Assembly (NCBI RefSeq): GCF_964204645.1
Contig: NC_134031.1
Coordinates: forward strand, 18,173,910-18,237,909
Direction of reading: 5' to 3'
DNA from: Tubulanus polymorphus
Lineage: Eukaryota > Animalia > Nemertea
Length of the DNA stretch: 64,000 bases
Within the stretch, counting starts at the first letter, position 1, and every line of letters starts with the position of its first letter. Below, one piece after another: positions 51,751-64,000 of this stretch. The notes beneath the pieces were generated by a model. That model was not told the DNA's origin and made no database searches. It saw only the letters and a program-made list of their open reading frames with translations. The position numbers were made by a program, and so were the translations under genes.

Positions 51751-52794
51751 CACATCCTGAGAAGAGGTGATTTTATCTAATCATAGAATCACCTCCAATC
51801 GGACAATGATGAAGCAGCAGCAGCAGCAGCAGCAGCAGCTGCTGTGGTATGTCGGACTCCGGTGGGACAGAGCGGCTGATTCAAACTGATTCAGATTCAC
51901 GACCAGTATTGAACAAGTGAAATGTGTAACTAACACAATCGGACAACGGAATCAAGACGGCATAAAGAGAACATCCAATAAAACCGATACATTGTCAGCA
52001 GGTCCAGCGGTGGCAGCTGCAGCAGCAGCGGCGGATCACCAAGAATACAATAACTATTCACCACTGACCACCACATACTGTCAATATATACAGTCTATAG
52101 TCACAGGACTCCAATCCTGTCAATACAACATCCCTTGATTCTTGAGTCCTGAAATAGGCGCAATAAGACTCAAAAAACGATTCACCTTTTCTTGAAATGC
52201 CCCAGAATTATAGCAAGGTAAGGTGAGGGCTGATTTGGTTGAAAACTTGGGGAGTAGATAGAACCATGAGATATTCACGTTTCTTATTCGAGAATTCATA
52301 TTTCATATTCTAAAGATTACAATGTACTATGTTTCAGTTATATATACACGGTTATCGCAAGGATGATTACCCGGGAGGATAGAGGGCGCAACGAGGTATC
52401 TAACCTGTATCTGCAGCCCTCATCCGAGTCATTCAACCGGACAAATGACTCACTAAAAAGTCTCTCTTGTCAGTAAATTAATTATAAATCAAACAATCTA
52501 CGCGAAACGACAGTAGCCGCCGATGGGTAAAGAAAATGTTGGATGTCGTCATCAAGACGCAAAAATCATGTACAACATATCGAAGAATAAAGAAATTGTG
52601 CCATCGGCTGGTTATATATTGATATTAGCCACGAGGCACGAGGGGGGTGTGTGTGACAGACGGGCACTTACACAACACAACGGTCGTGTTCCTTTAACAC
52701 CACCGTCGAGTTGTCAGTCAGTAATTATCCCCTCGAGGGTTTTCACACAGACTATCCTCAAAACGAACAGGGACAATTAATAGCAAAGAGCCAC

Positions 52795-52838
<44 letters not shown>

Positions 52839-54556
52839 GCAACTAACCAATCAAACAACTCTCAGTAAATAATATCTATATGACTGCCTACATAAATCCC
52901 CCTATGACATCATACATCTGGATGTGATATAGTAGAGTACGCGGTAGAGACAATCACTACGGTCCATAGGTAGTAGTGTGATGTCATAGGGGGAATGAAA
53001 TGCTGCAATCATCTTTTCTGTAAGTCGAGTGAAAAGATCAAATCTAAGAGCAATCTTTCGATGTCGTAAGGGGATATAGGCGCTAACCATCTTCCCTGGA
53101 AGGGTCGTATCGGAGAGTAATCTGATGATGTCATAGGGTGATTCGGGGTTCAGGTTTAGATCGACCGTAAAATGGACGCTTACTCGGTATCTTACGATTT
53201 CTTAGAATGGATCATTTTCAAAGTTACCGGTTTAATCCGATAGTTATACGCTGGATTACGCCGGGTTTAATCCGGTAGTAATACCCTGATTTATGCCGGG
53301 TTTAATCCGTATTGCAGGAGTTGATTAACATGTAAGACGTCAGTAGAAATTTTCAAAGCAACCGCTGAAAACCTTCAAAAAACATCGTCAGAAACTCGTG
53401 TCGCGAGAGACTGAGAGATTATAACAAACGGAATACTGAATGTAAAACACGGCGAACGCTGTGTGTCGTTATCTGCGCAACAATCAAAGCCGTTACGTTT
53501 GAAATTTTCACCAAACGAATCATCGACGTTTTAAAACATGTTTTGAAAGGGATTACAATCACATTGGTTAATTAAACCTGAGCACCGATTACCGGCCTGT
53601 CTGCATGTCAGACTGTCTGCCTGTCTGCATGTTAGCCTGTCTGCATGTCAGCCTCTCAGCATGTCTGTCAATCAACCTGTCTGCCTGTCTGTCAATCAAC
53701 CTGCCTGTCAGCCTAGCAGCCTGTCAGCCTGTTTGCTTATCATCCTGTCTGCATGTCTGTCAATCAGTCTGTAATTTCCGGACATCTCCGCATGATTAGT
53801 GATTAATGAAACAACTACGAATTAAACTCTTATGGAAAACGTATAGCATCAAATTTGAATTTTTTCTGTCTCAACTGGAGAGACAGAGCAAGGCAAAGCG
53901 AAGAAAGTGGTCCAGGGGGGAGAATGGTAGGGAGGAGACCGGGGAGAGGTAAGGAGGAGAGAGGGGAGAGGCAAAGGAGGAGAGAGGGGAGGGAAAGAGA
54001 GAGAGATGAATAATCAATCAGTTTCACATGAAGTCATTTGAAGCGAATTCATTTATTTCAATCTATTTCGACATTTCTAAATTCCGTTTACGCAGTTACA
54101 ATCACTTAAAGCGTCAAATTTAAACCGTCACTTAAAGAGTGAGAGAGAGTGAGAGTGAGAGGAAGGAAAGAGAGAGAGAGTCACACACATGCAGCAATCA
54201 CGAGTCATTGCTCTACACAGTAATATGATCAAAGCGCCTGTTGCAACGTTTTACATCAATCACCATAAACACAGTAAACAGTATAGATGGTTGTGTATTG
54301 GGTGAGATGTGACATTGTGAATACCAATGAAACCGACATCCGCATTATAACAACAACACTGCAGCCCCGGCTAATTAAAGACGGCCACAAGGGAGCGCAA
54401 GGTTTGTTTGGCAAATTTCTGTTAGTCATGCAATGTCGAAGATAAAACAATAGAAACTGTTTAGATAAACACGCTATTTGATGATTAACGGATCCGAGCA
54501 GTTTCAGATTCACCAGCGACGGTTAAATTAAACTTCATATTCAATTTCAAACTCTT

Positions 54557-55048
54557 CACTGGCGTCCCTAGTAAACTCCTCATCCCTCACTGATGTCCCT
54601 ACTGAATTAATCCCTCACTGGCGTCCCTAGTAAACTCCTCATCCTTCACTGGCATCCTAAGTGAACTCCTCATCCCTCACTGATGTCCCTACTGAATTAA
54701 TCCCTCACCGGCATCCCTAGTAAACTCCTCATCCATTACTGGCGTCTTAAGTGAACTCCTCATCCCTCACTGATGTCCCTACTGAACTAATCCCTCACTG
54801 GCGTCCCTAGTAAACTCCTCATCCATCCTTGGCGTCCTAAGTGAACTCCTCATCCCTCACTGATGTCCCTATTGAACTAATCCCTCACTGGCGTCCCTAG
54901 TAAACTTCTCATCCATCACTGGCGTCCTAAGTGAACTCCTCATCCCGCACTGATGTCCCTATTGAACTAATCCCTCACTGGCGTCCCTAGTAAACTCCTC
55001 ATCCTTCACTGGCGTCCTCAGTCAACTCATCATCCCTCACTGATGTCC
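54557..55048. repeat. 90-bp higher-order repeat (31+31+28-bp subunits)
   Basis: CACTGGCGTCCCTAGTAAACTCC-type subunit recurs at 54616, 54706, 54796, 54886 and 54976. Confidence 0.9.
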
Positions 55049-56477
55049 ATTATGTTGAAGCCCTACCCGAGTCAACTGAAACCTTATTACTAATGAATCC
55101 TTCAAGTCAATGACTCTCATACATTGATACCCCGTGACTCTCATACATTGATACCCCGTGACTCTCAGACATTGATACCCCGCACCACCATAACCATAAG
55201 CAACAAGTGCTTTCATTTATATTCAATGCGATAATAAAATGACCACCGGTAACTAATGATACATTTCCTCTACTACTACTCCATCCCAGTCACAGTATCA
55301 ACAGTTATCATCATAAACTATATCCATCTGTCAACTTCATACAGTATCACAATATTATAAGTATCAGTCATCAGTTACAGGTTGTTGGTCAATGGGGAAG
55401 GGGCTGATTGTCTGGATGTCCATGAATTTGACTCAAGTTCTCAACAATTTATTAGGAATATTCATAATAGACTGATCCAGAGACTCCTGAGAACTCCGAT
55501 TCTAATTGAGTTTATATTCAGCTAAAATCGATAGAATTATTTCTGGGATCATTTTTAATGTTTTTATCCAGCGTTAATTTGAATTGATATCTGAAAGAAA
55601 GGTAAGTGTCGCGTGAGAACAAATCTACTAAAAAACATCTGATATGCGTCGTGAATGAACTGAATTACTGAATTCTCTCTTTCTCACGACTAAATACTGA
55701 TCAGTACAACATAGATCATTAGCATTAACTCATCAAATACAGCAGAATACAGCAGAACCATCCTGAGCCCAGTTCTACAGCTCTTGGTTAAGATTTGAAT
55801 TGAGAAATTTAGAAAAAAAAAAATTGGAAATGAACTAACCTCTAACCAACTATTCATCAACCGCAGCCCCTGTACTTGATAGTTCATTATTTTCCAGCCA
55901 TGACAAAATTTCTTTTTCAAATTTGAGCTTTCTCAATTTTGAATAAAAACTATAAATTCTAATGAAATAAATATGTTTTGCTGTGAAGGTGTAACATACG
56001 TAATAGTCATCAAACGCCGCAATAACTTTTTCAAATCGTGAATGAATGTTTTTTCTAAGATGCCACCAGGATCAGACATCAAATTGTCTCTTGAAACATT
56101 TTCATCTACCCGAAATGTTGAGGAAGTGTAAGAAAGAGCACTAAACGTGAGTGGTAGAGACAGGAACTAAACACAGAGACAGGTATAAAACAGGTAACAA
56201 CAACACTACAGTTACACCACATATCGGTATAACACGACACAACCACCAATACATCATGTGATAAACTGAATGAAATAGTGCAACAGTTTCTCAGTTATTG
56301 GCTCCAGTGAAATCATCGTAAAACTGTGCAGGAATTAGACTGGATTTTCTGCTCATATATAACACTACTACATTTCTCGGGTTTATTTGGAAAGAATTAG
56401 AAATAAATTCTCCTTGAAATCTAAAAATATCTCGGGACTCATAAAGATGAAATAGTTTCATGTAGGGAGCAGTCACC

Positions 56478-56775
56478 GGGCATGAACTAATGACTGGTCC
56501 CTAGATACTGCAGGAACCAATGACTGTCCACTGGCATCAGACTGTAGGAACCAATGACTGGTCCCTAGGCCTGCAGGAATCAATAACTGGTCCATGGGCA
56601 TCGGACTGTATGAACTAATGCCTGGTCCTTAGGCATGATTCTGCAGGAACCAATGACTGGTCCCAGGACATCGGACTGTAGGAACTAATGACTGGTCCCT
56701 AAACATGATTCTGTAGGAACCAATGATTGGTCCACTGACATCGGACTGTATGAACTAATGACTGGTCCCTAGGTA
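56478..56775. repeat. Degenerate ~30-38-bp tandem repeat
   Basis: GAAC(C/T)AATGACTGGTCC core x ~9. Confidence 0.8.
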
Positions 56776-59700
56776 GAAGATTTTGCCTGGGGATTTTTCT
56801 AAATGTGACTTGTTAATCAGAACTGTAAACAGTTATATATCACTGTATAGCTAGCTGTCTGTACAGCCGTTCTGTGGCCAACCATATTTTTATTTGTTTT
56901 ATCGGGAATTTTCTCTGTTTCTCCCGCAATCAGTTGGAAAATGTTTGATTGTCATGCAACATAGCGATATTTACAGCAGGCATCGCCCGGACTGACTCAT
57001 AAACACTGACATATTCATACACGAGTTACGCACATGATTTAAACACATCTATAAACAAACAATAAAAACCATTTACTGACTCTATCTCCATCGGATACAG
57101 ATTCTGCAAATTTTGCAAATTCTGCTGATTTTTTGACAGCATTCGCGAAAGGGGGTTAAATTTTTTTTGAAAAATGAAAATTCGAGATCGACCAAATATC
57201 CAATAATTCCAGGACTGCGTTTAACAGCTGCAAAATATCATAAATTTCAATTTTTTAATTCAATATTCAAGAGAATTACTATTCAATAAATGAACAAAGG
57301 ACTGAGAAATTAGAATTATGTAAATCTGAGCTGGCTTCATGCGACAGTTATCAATCGGGATGTATCAATTCAATGATTGATTGAAAACACTCTCGCTCAA
57401 ATCAATGGTGATTATTAGCAAGGCAAAGATGTCTGAAGTATGAATGAAGTTGTCTGAATCGAAGAAGTCTATCTGCTGCCAAGTTACTGCGCGAACGAAC
57501 AACTAATCCTCACAATACGTAAAATATCTTGAAAATCCTGAAAGTTGTGAAAACTACGAAGTTCTTGGTGCCATGAAGTTTGGGCAATCAGAAACAGAAA
57601 GTTCGCTGTTAGAATTTCACTGCATTTGTTGAGTTAAAACATCGGAAAACGCATTAACTTCACCGATTTGAATCACAACCGTGAAACTTTGTTCTTTAGA
57701 GTTCTAATCTGACTTTAAAACTGATGACATGAAAATTAATTAGATCATTAGGGGAGTAAAACTTAACCAACTACAGCCAAACTGGGTCCAGAAACAAAGT
57801 TTAAACTAAGGGAAACTAGGGAAAGTTTATCGACACTACAAAGTTTACTCTGTTCCTCACGATCACTGAGGAAACAATTCTAAATTCTATGTTCTTAATT
57901 CGACAGAAGCAAAATAAACAGAGATTTAGAAGACGCAGCCACTTACCCCGGATGAGAGTGTCCATTCACGATGCAATTATTTTGTAACGGTTGATAATCA
58001 GTGCGACTGTGTTTATCCATTTTATCGTTAATTAGTAATTAGTAATCAACACGCAATCAACAGTTAACGAGCAAGCAACGAGTTAGATCTCAACTCACGG
58101 GATAAATGAGTATCGCGAGTTACCGTCGTCGGTATTTTATACCGGTCCTCGTCTTCCTCGTGAGTGGTTCTATCTCCAGAGAGCGAAAAAAATCACCAGT
58201 CGTCGTCGTCGTCGTAGAAACGATTTAAACCGCCGGTTGTGTTGCACGGATTTAAAATTCTTTCGCGTAAAACAACGGAAAAAAAAAGCGCTTCGAGAAT
58301 TCGCGGTGGTTCGTTCTCTGCGAGAATGTGTTTGGAAGTTGTCTCGCCCGCGCGCGCGCGCACCAGAGTGATTACCGCACCTACGCCTACACCAGCTGCC
58401 TACACAATCCCGTCCACCAGTTTCTAATCGCTCCCGGTATTATTCTTCTCTTTTTCGGGAATAAATTTCCACTTGTCGATGAAATGTACGTGTATTATCA
58501 ATATCGCGCGAACGGCGTAGACAGCTGTTCGTCTGGGAGAGACTTCGACCGATAGAATTATCGTATTCGCGTCAACGTCGTAGTCACTAGTTTAACGCTA
58601 GACTAATAGATGTATAAAGGTGTAAGACTCCCGAGCAGAAATGAAGTCGTCATTCCCTTCGTGACTTATATACCGATATACCGACAACAACAACTGAACC
58701 GGCGAGTCTCTCAGAGAATACCGATATACACCGCACCGGAGGAGTTCTAATGCACCCTGTGAAGATTTCAAATTGAATTTGATTATTTCGTTTATCAGAA
58801 TTCACCCAGCGGGCGCGAATTCGAAATCCGTTCTCCCGAAGGAACCGAGGACCCGACATTTCTACCGCGTTCCGTTTCGACTCTCTTCAAAGTTGAAGTA
58901 ATTAAAAACGAACTCATCGAGCGCCGTGGAAAATAAAGAACTTTAACCGAACACTAAACCTCGTAAACGATTCCTTTCAAAATCGCACTCGAATATTTGT
59001 AAATCTAATTAATTTGTTTTATCAACTGAAGCCATTTCTGAATGGATTGAAAATAAATCCCGCTGAGATTTACATTTCAGGAAATAAAAGCCTTTATTAA
59101 CGACATTAAGAACCGCCGGATTCCGTAGTATTTTGAAGTGGCTGTAATTAATTATAAACAGTTAACACGATCCGGCCAACTACTAGATCATTAATAACAC
59201 GTTAGTTATTACATTGTTAATAAGTGATCTCGTATCATAAAGCCGATCTTTTGTTAATTGAATATCGTTTACATGTTTTAACTAGTTTAATAATAGTTTA
59301 TAAAACTATTCACTGACAGACATAAAGAGACGTGTTTTCATTGAAATTCTATCCGTTCGCCAGAACTGCATATTTCAACTTAAAACGCGACTAAAACGAA
59401 ATGAATACAATTTAAAATTAGATGAATTTTCTCATGGATTTTGAAGCTTCGTACAGATCAACTTCTTTACTGGAAACTGACTGGAGATGTAAAAAACAGC
59501 GCACGGTGATGAGAGAGGAGAGATGGGGAAGAGAGGGAAGTGGAAGACGGGGAGAGGAAGGGAAGGTATGAGGGAGGATAATGGATTGCAATACGGGGAG
59601 AGGGTATCACTGAATAGGGGGAACGGGATTATGAATGGTCAAAGAGTGCGAGGGGTGTGAGGGGGTGTTGGGAGGTGTTAGGGGGTGTTGGGGGTGTTAG

Positions 59701-60745
59701 GGGGTATGAGATAATGGGTTATAAAGATAGAAGCTGCAGACAGAATTTATTGGTATTTGATAAATATATAGAATACTAATAACATCATTAATAGTCACTA
59801 CTGATAAAACAACAACTAACGGCAACAGCAGCAGCAGCAGCAGCTACAGACCAGCATAAACAATAATACCTTTAATACGTTTATGAGTAAATGAACTATG
59901 AAGACATCTCCGATCGAATCACGGGATGATTGAGACTGATCGGGTCTGATTGGAGTTATCATTAATACAGTATCATCGCAAAGAATGAGAAGAGACCAGT
60001 AACCAGTGCGCGAGCTACTGATGACTCTATTCTAAGTGAAACACAGCTCCTCAATACCCGCTTAGGCTCAACAGAAACCACTTTCCACTTCATCAATGTT
60101 TGCACCTGATCAACTCGATGGTTTATACATGAATAATCCTGTTGATGTTGAGCACAGGACACAACATTTCTACATTCTCTATCAAATATATGAGCTGTTT
60201 GTGATTGCGGTTTGCGGGGACAGATTCACAGCTATACCCAGGCAATATTCAGTCATCTAGACCTCAGAAGGCCACCTGATGATACCGGCCTGGGGGTATA
60301 GGTCCTTCCTGAAAATATTTTGTTAAATTCGCCAGTTTCCTGGCTTGGAAGGACACGGGATGTAATCGAAGATGAAATAGATAACCCTCAGATCTGCTCT
60401 CGTACTAGAAAACCCGATATCAATACTGAATTCCTGAATAGATACTTAATTTCTCCGATGACTTATTTTCCCATCAAATAGAAAATTAAGATGATCTCAC
60501 ACGATGATTAAACCGGACTCCATCTCATTGAGCCGAGCACGAATTCGCTGTCGATAATACCCGTTTATATATCATCAATATTACAAAACGTCGCGAGATG
60601 ACATACATCAAATAATTATATCTGCCGTCATTCAACGACATCTGATCCTATACCGTCTTATATTAAAAACCAATCTTAGAAATTAGATAGAACTCCTCCA
60701 GTGCAATGAATTGAATCTTTAAAATAACTTATAACTGAGCCAAGA

Positions 60746-60950
60746 ATTAAACCCACACAACTGTGGAACTGGATTCAGAGTCTAATTAAACCCACGCAAC
60801 TGTGGAACTGGGTTCACAGTCAAATTAAACTTGTGCAACTGTGGAACTGGGTTCAGGGTGAAATTAAACCCACACAACTGTTGAACTGGGTCCACAGTCA
60901 AATTAAACCTACACAATTGTGAAACTGGGTCCAGAATCAAATAAAACCTG
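60746..60950 (+). repeat. 39-bp minisatellite (ACTGTGGAACTGG family)
   Basis: ATTAAACCCACACAACTGTGGAACTGG(A/G)TTCAGAGTC x ~5. Confidence 0.88.
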
Positions 60951-61464
60951 ATTCCACTGGTATCAGCGAACTGGAAAGAAACCTATATAGAATTTATTCT
61001 GATTTTGTCATTATTTTAACGGTTTCTCGATATGAAATCAATACAAAGATTGAAAAATCAATATTTAAGTCATTTGTTAAAACGCGAATTCACAATATGT
61101 CAACTATAACCAATAGACAGACAGACAGATACAGGCAGCGGATAGACAGACTGATACAGGCAGACCGGCTGTTTCCTAATGGATATTGATAGCTCTTATT
61201 GGTCTCGTAATAAGAATTCTATTCAATTGAATCCGGATATAAAAAACCAGAACTCATAAAACCTGCATCCTGAACGAACGTACCAACGAACGAACGAACC
61301 AACGGTGGTCGCTATCAATGTTTCTCTCTCTGTCGCTTTCAACGGGCGAAAAAACCATCAATTCATTTCAGATCAATATCTTTCCGCGTTGAATACAAAT
61401 TTCCTTTCTACGACGGAACGGTAAATCCTGTCAAACTCACTCTAACCTTTTCTCTTCTCGCTCA

Positions 61465-61865
61465 ACCTGCCTCTCTCTACCTCTCCCCACTACCTCGCTT
61501 CCTGTCTCACTCTCTCCTCTCTACCTCTCCCCTGCCTCCCTCTACTCTCTCGCCTCTTCCTCTCTTCTCTCCCTCTACCCTTATACCTCTTTTCCTGTCT
61601 CACTCTCTCCTCTCTACCTCTCCCCTGCCTCTCTTTACCTCTCCCCACTACCTCGCTTCCTGTCTCACTCTCTCCTCTCTACCTCTCCCCTGCCTCCCTC
61701 TACTCTCTTGCCTCTTCCTCTCTTCTCTCCCTCTACCCTTATACCTCTCTTCCTGTCTCACTCTCTCTCTACCTCTCCCCTGCCTCTCTCTCCCCACTAC
61801 CTCACTTCCTGCCTCACTCTCTCCTCTCTCTCCCTCCCCTATCTCTCTTCCGTCTCTTTCTCTTT
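61465..61865. repeat. CT-rich low-complexity block with internal duplication
   Basis: Polypyrimidine blocks such as CCTCTCCCCACTACCTCGCTTCCTGTCTCACTC recur. Confidence 0.8.
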
Positions 61866-62457
61866 TCACATTCACTGTTTGCAATGTTAAGAATATTCTC
61901 CAGACGACACAAAAATGTACAAGTTTCTTTACTTAATATACCGACTATTTTCAATGTTCAACTTCTTCGCTTTAGAAATTGACAAATATTCCAGAATCTG
62001 ACTCACATCTCGAACTTCCCTTGAAAAAATCTATCTTCAAAGCGAGACTTCCTCCACAGGATGAATTTCTAGTATTGGCATAGATTACATACGCGTATAA
62101 GGAGTAACTACCATCAAAGAAATATCTCAAATATCTCATTATATTTCGCAGAATAAATCAATAGTTGGGTAAATATAAAGTGGCAGTAGATCGTTTAGAT
62201 TCGACCAGACCACTACTTCACTACGCTTCTCCACCCTCTATTAGTCCATTAGTCATTACCGGATTATCCGATAAAATTACATATTTCTGAGCGCGTATAC
62301 ACGGCTAAAAACTAACCCTAACCGGTATAATCTATGGACCTCTGAGGAATAGGATAAAAACCATCTAAAACTGCTCAGCATTCTGCAGTTCTGATGATAA
62401 TTAATCACACAACACCGGAATTGATTTCCTTCCTAGGCTTTAATGAGATGCTATAAG

Positions 62458-62789
62458 CAGGAAGCAGTTCTACATTTCACAATCCAGTTCCACAGTATAG
62501 GAGCCAGTTCCACGGAATAGGAGCCAGTTCCACAGTATAGGAGCCGGTTCCACAGAATAGGAGCCAGTTCCACAGTATAGGAGCCGGTTCCACAGTATAG
62601 GAGCCAGTTCCACAGTATAGGAGCCGGTTCCACAGTACAGGATCCAGTTCCACAGTATAGGAGCAAGTTCCACAGTATAGGATTCAGTTCCACAGTACAG
62701 GGTCCAGTTCCACAGTATAGGAGCCAGTTCTACAGTTCAGGAGCCAGTTCCTCAGTTCAGGAGCAGTGTGGAACTGGCTCCTGAACTGA
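62458..62789. repeat. 20-bp CWG+TIR-type minisatellite, ~15 copies, ending in an inverted copy
   Basis: AGGAGCC(A/G)GTTCCACAGTAT units, then TGTGGAACTGGCTCCTGAACTGA. Confidence 0.92.
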
Positions 62790-63645
62790 AATCAAATAAT
62801 CTGAACTCTAGATTTAAACTTAATCGATAACATTGGACCCTGTTCTGCTTTGGAATAAGTCTTAACTAAACAATCATTAAAAATAAATTCCAGAATTACA
62901 ACTACACCAGCTCATCTACAAACATCTTTTAATCTAAAGATATTTCTTGCAACGATCGTGAACTTATAATTCTACCATAATCAAATTAGTGAAAAAAAAG
63001 AAGACTTTATTTACTTCGACGAAAATTATAAACCGGCGAAAATTTCAACCCGAATGCCATACGAGGTAACGATGAGGGAATATACCTTACGTTTGAACGG
63101 AAATCAATCACAATGAAATCATATCCGACGACAACAAGAGAGAAGAACGAAATCCGGAATGCGTTTATCGATGGCCGATTTGAAACTAAAGAGTAACGCA
63201 CAACGAACCGAGCTGCAACAATATCCACCGGTAATAATTAACTCACAGATGATTGGTCGATGAATTCAACCGATGAAACTGCAAAAAAAAAAATCCCCGA
63301 ACGTCGGATCGCGAGAGAGTGCGATAATTACGCGGCATAGTCGACGGCGACGAGCGCAACGGTTGATTTTGAGAATTGACCTGCGGCGAGTAACGCTACC
63401 CCTCACTCACTCACTCCCTCGACGGCTCCCCTCCCTCACTCACTCTATAGCTCCCCTCACTCGCTCGATGGCTACCCTCACTCATTCCCTCGACAGCTCC
63501 CCTCACTCACTCGTTCCCTCACTTGACAGCTCGTGCGATGACCATCGGCGCTAACTGCGATCACTAAACTACTGAGAGCGAAATCATTTCTTTATTGATC
63601 TTAAATGTGACTGAAAATCATTGACCATTAGTTCGCATGACCCAG

Positions 63646-63744
63646 GGGCCTGTTTTATAGACCGGTGTTATTTCTAACCCAGGGGCTTACTCGATTCATT
63701 TTCACTCGAGAGTTAATAACCCCACCCCTCTACAAAACCTGCCC
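63646..63744. mobile_element. MITE-like element
   Basis: CAG|GGGCCTGTTTTATAGA...TCTACAAAACCTGCCC|CGG imperfect TIRs. Confidence 0.55.
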
Positions 63745-64000
63745 CGGGGGAGGGGGTATTTACAGTTTTTCCCTGAATTCTCAGTTCTTTTTTTTTTACA
63801 TCAATCGACGAGATGTGCTATGATGCGTTCCAAATTGTTTCGATGAATTAACACCTGACGATGATCTCAAAGGGAGAATTCAAAACGCTGTTTTTTTAAC
63901 TTGAGCTGCTTTTTAACTTGATAAATAAATTGTGCGTTCTAATTTGTTGAGTTCTAATCATACCTCCTCTCTCTCCCCCCTCTTTCTCTTCCCCCTCTCC

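Noticed and set aside
46227-63890. Hammerhead-ribozyme-like cores (CTGAAGC..GAAG at 46218, CTGATGAG at 49897, CTGACGATG..CAAAAC at 63855, also 3739 and 36671)
   Set aside because: Each lacks an intact GAAA box or pairable stems I/III; at best they are decayed remnants.

Overview
Eukaryotic (invertebrate animal-like, ~38-40% GC by eye) genomic DNA with GT-AG introns. The first ~29 kb is gene-dense. It holds two phase-1 first coding exons of an SLC12A9-like cation-chloride cotransporter (minus; the rest of the gene lies left of the window) with a complete 4-exon TTC36 gene between them, a 2-exon small Maf bZIP gene, an intron-containing tRNA-Tyr(GTA), and a complete 15-coding-exon type II membrane M28B metallopeptidase (GCPII/NAALADase-like, 773 aa, minus) with an intronless rhodopsin-like GPCR nested antisense in one intron. 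In the remaining ~35 kb I recognise no coding sequence; it is filled with minisatellites, microsatellites and short TIR elements. Main findings: (i) apparent alternative first exons that swap the ion-binding TM1 of SLC12A9; (ii) a GCPII-like enzyme with an intact zinc site but no glutamate-specificity residues; (iii) many minisatellites that appear to be tandem amplifications of MITE ends or interiors; (iv) a 52-bp satellite whose monomer is a self-complementary dumbbell. Exon boundaries were read by hand and checked for frame; no database searches were run.
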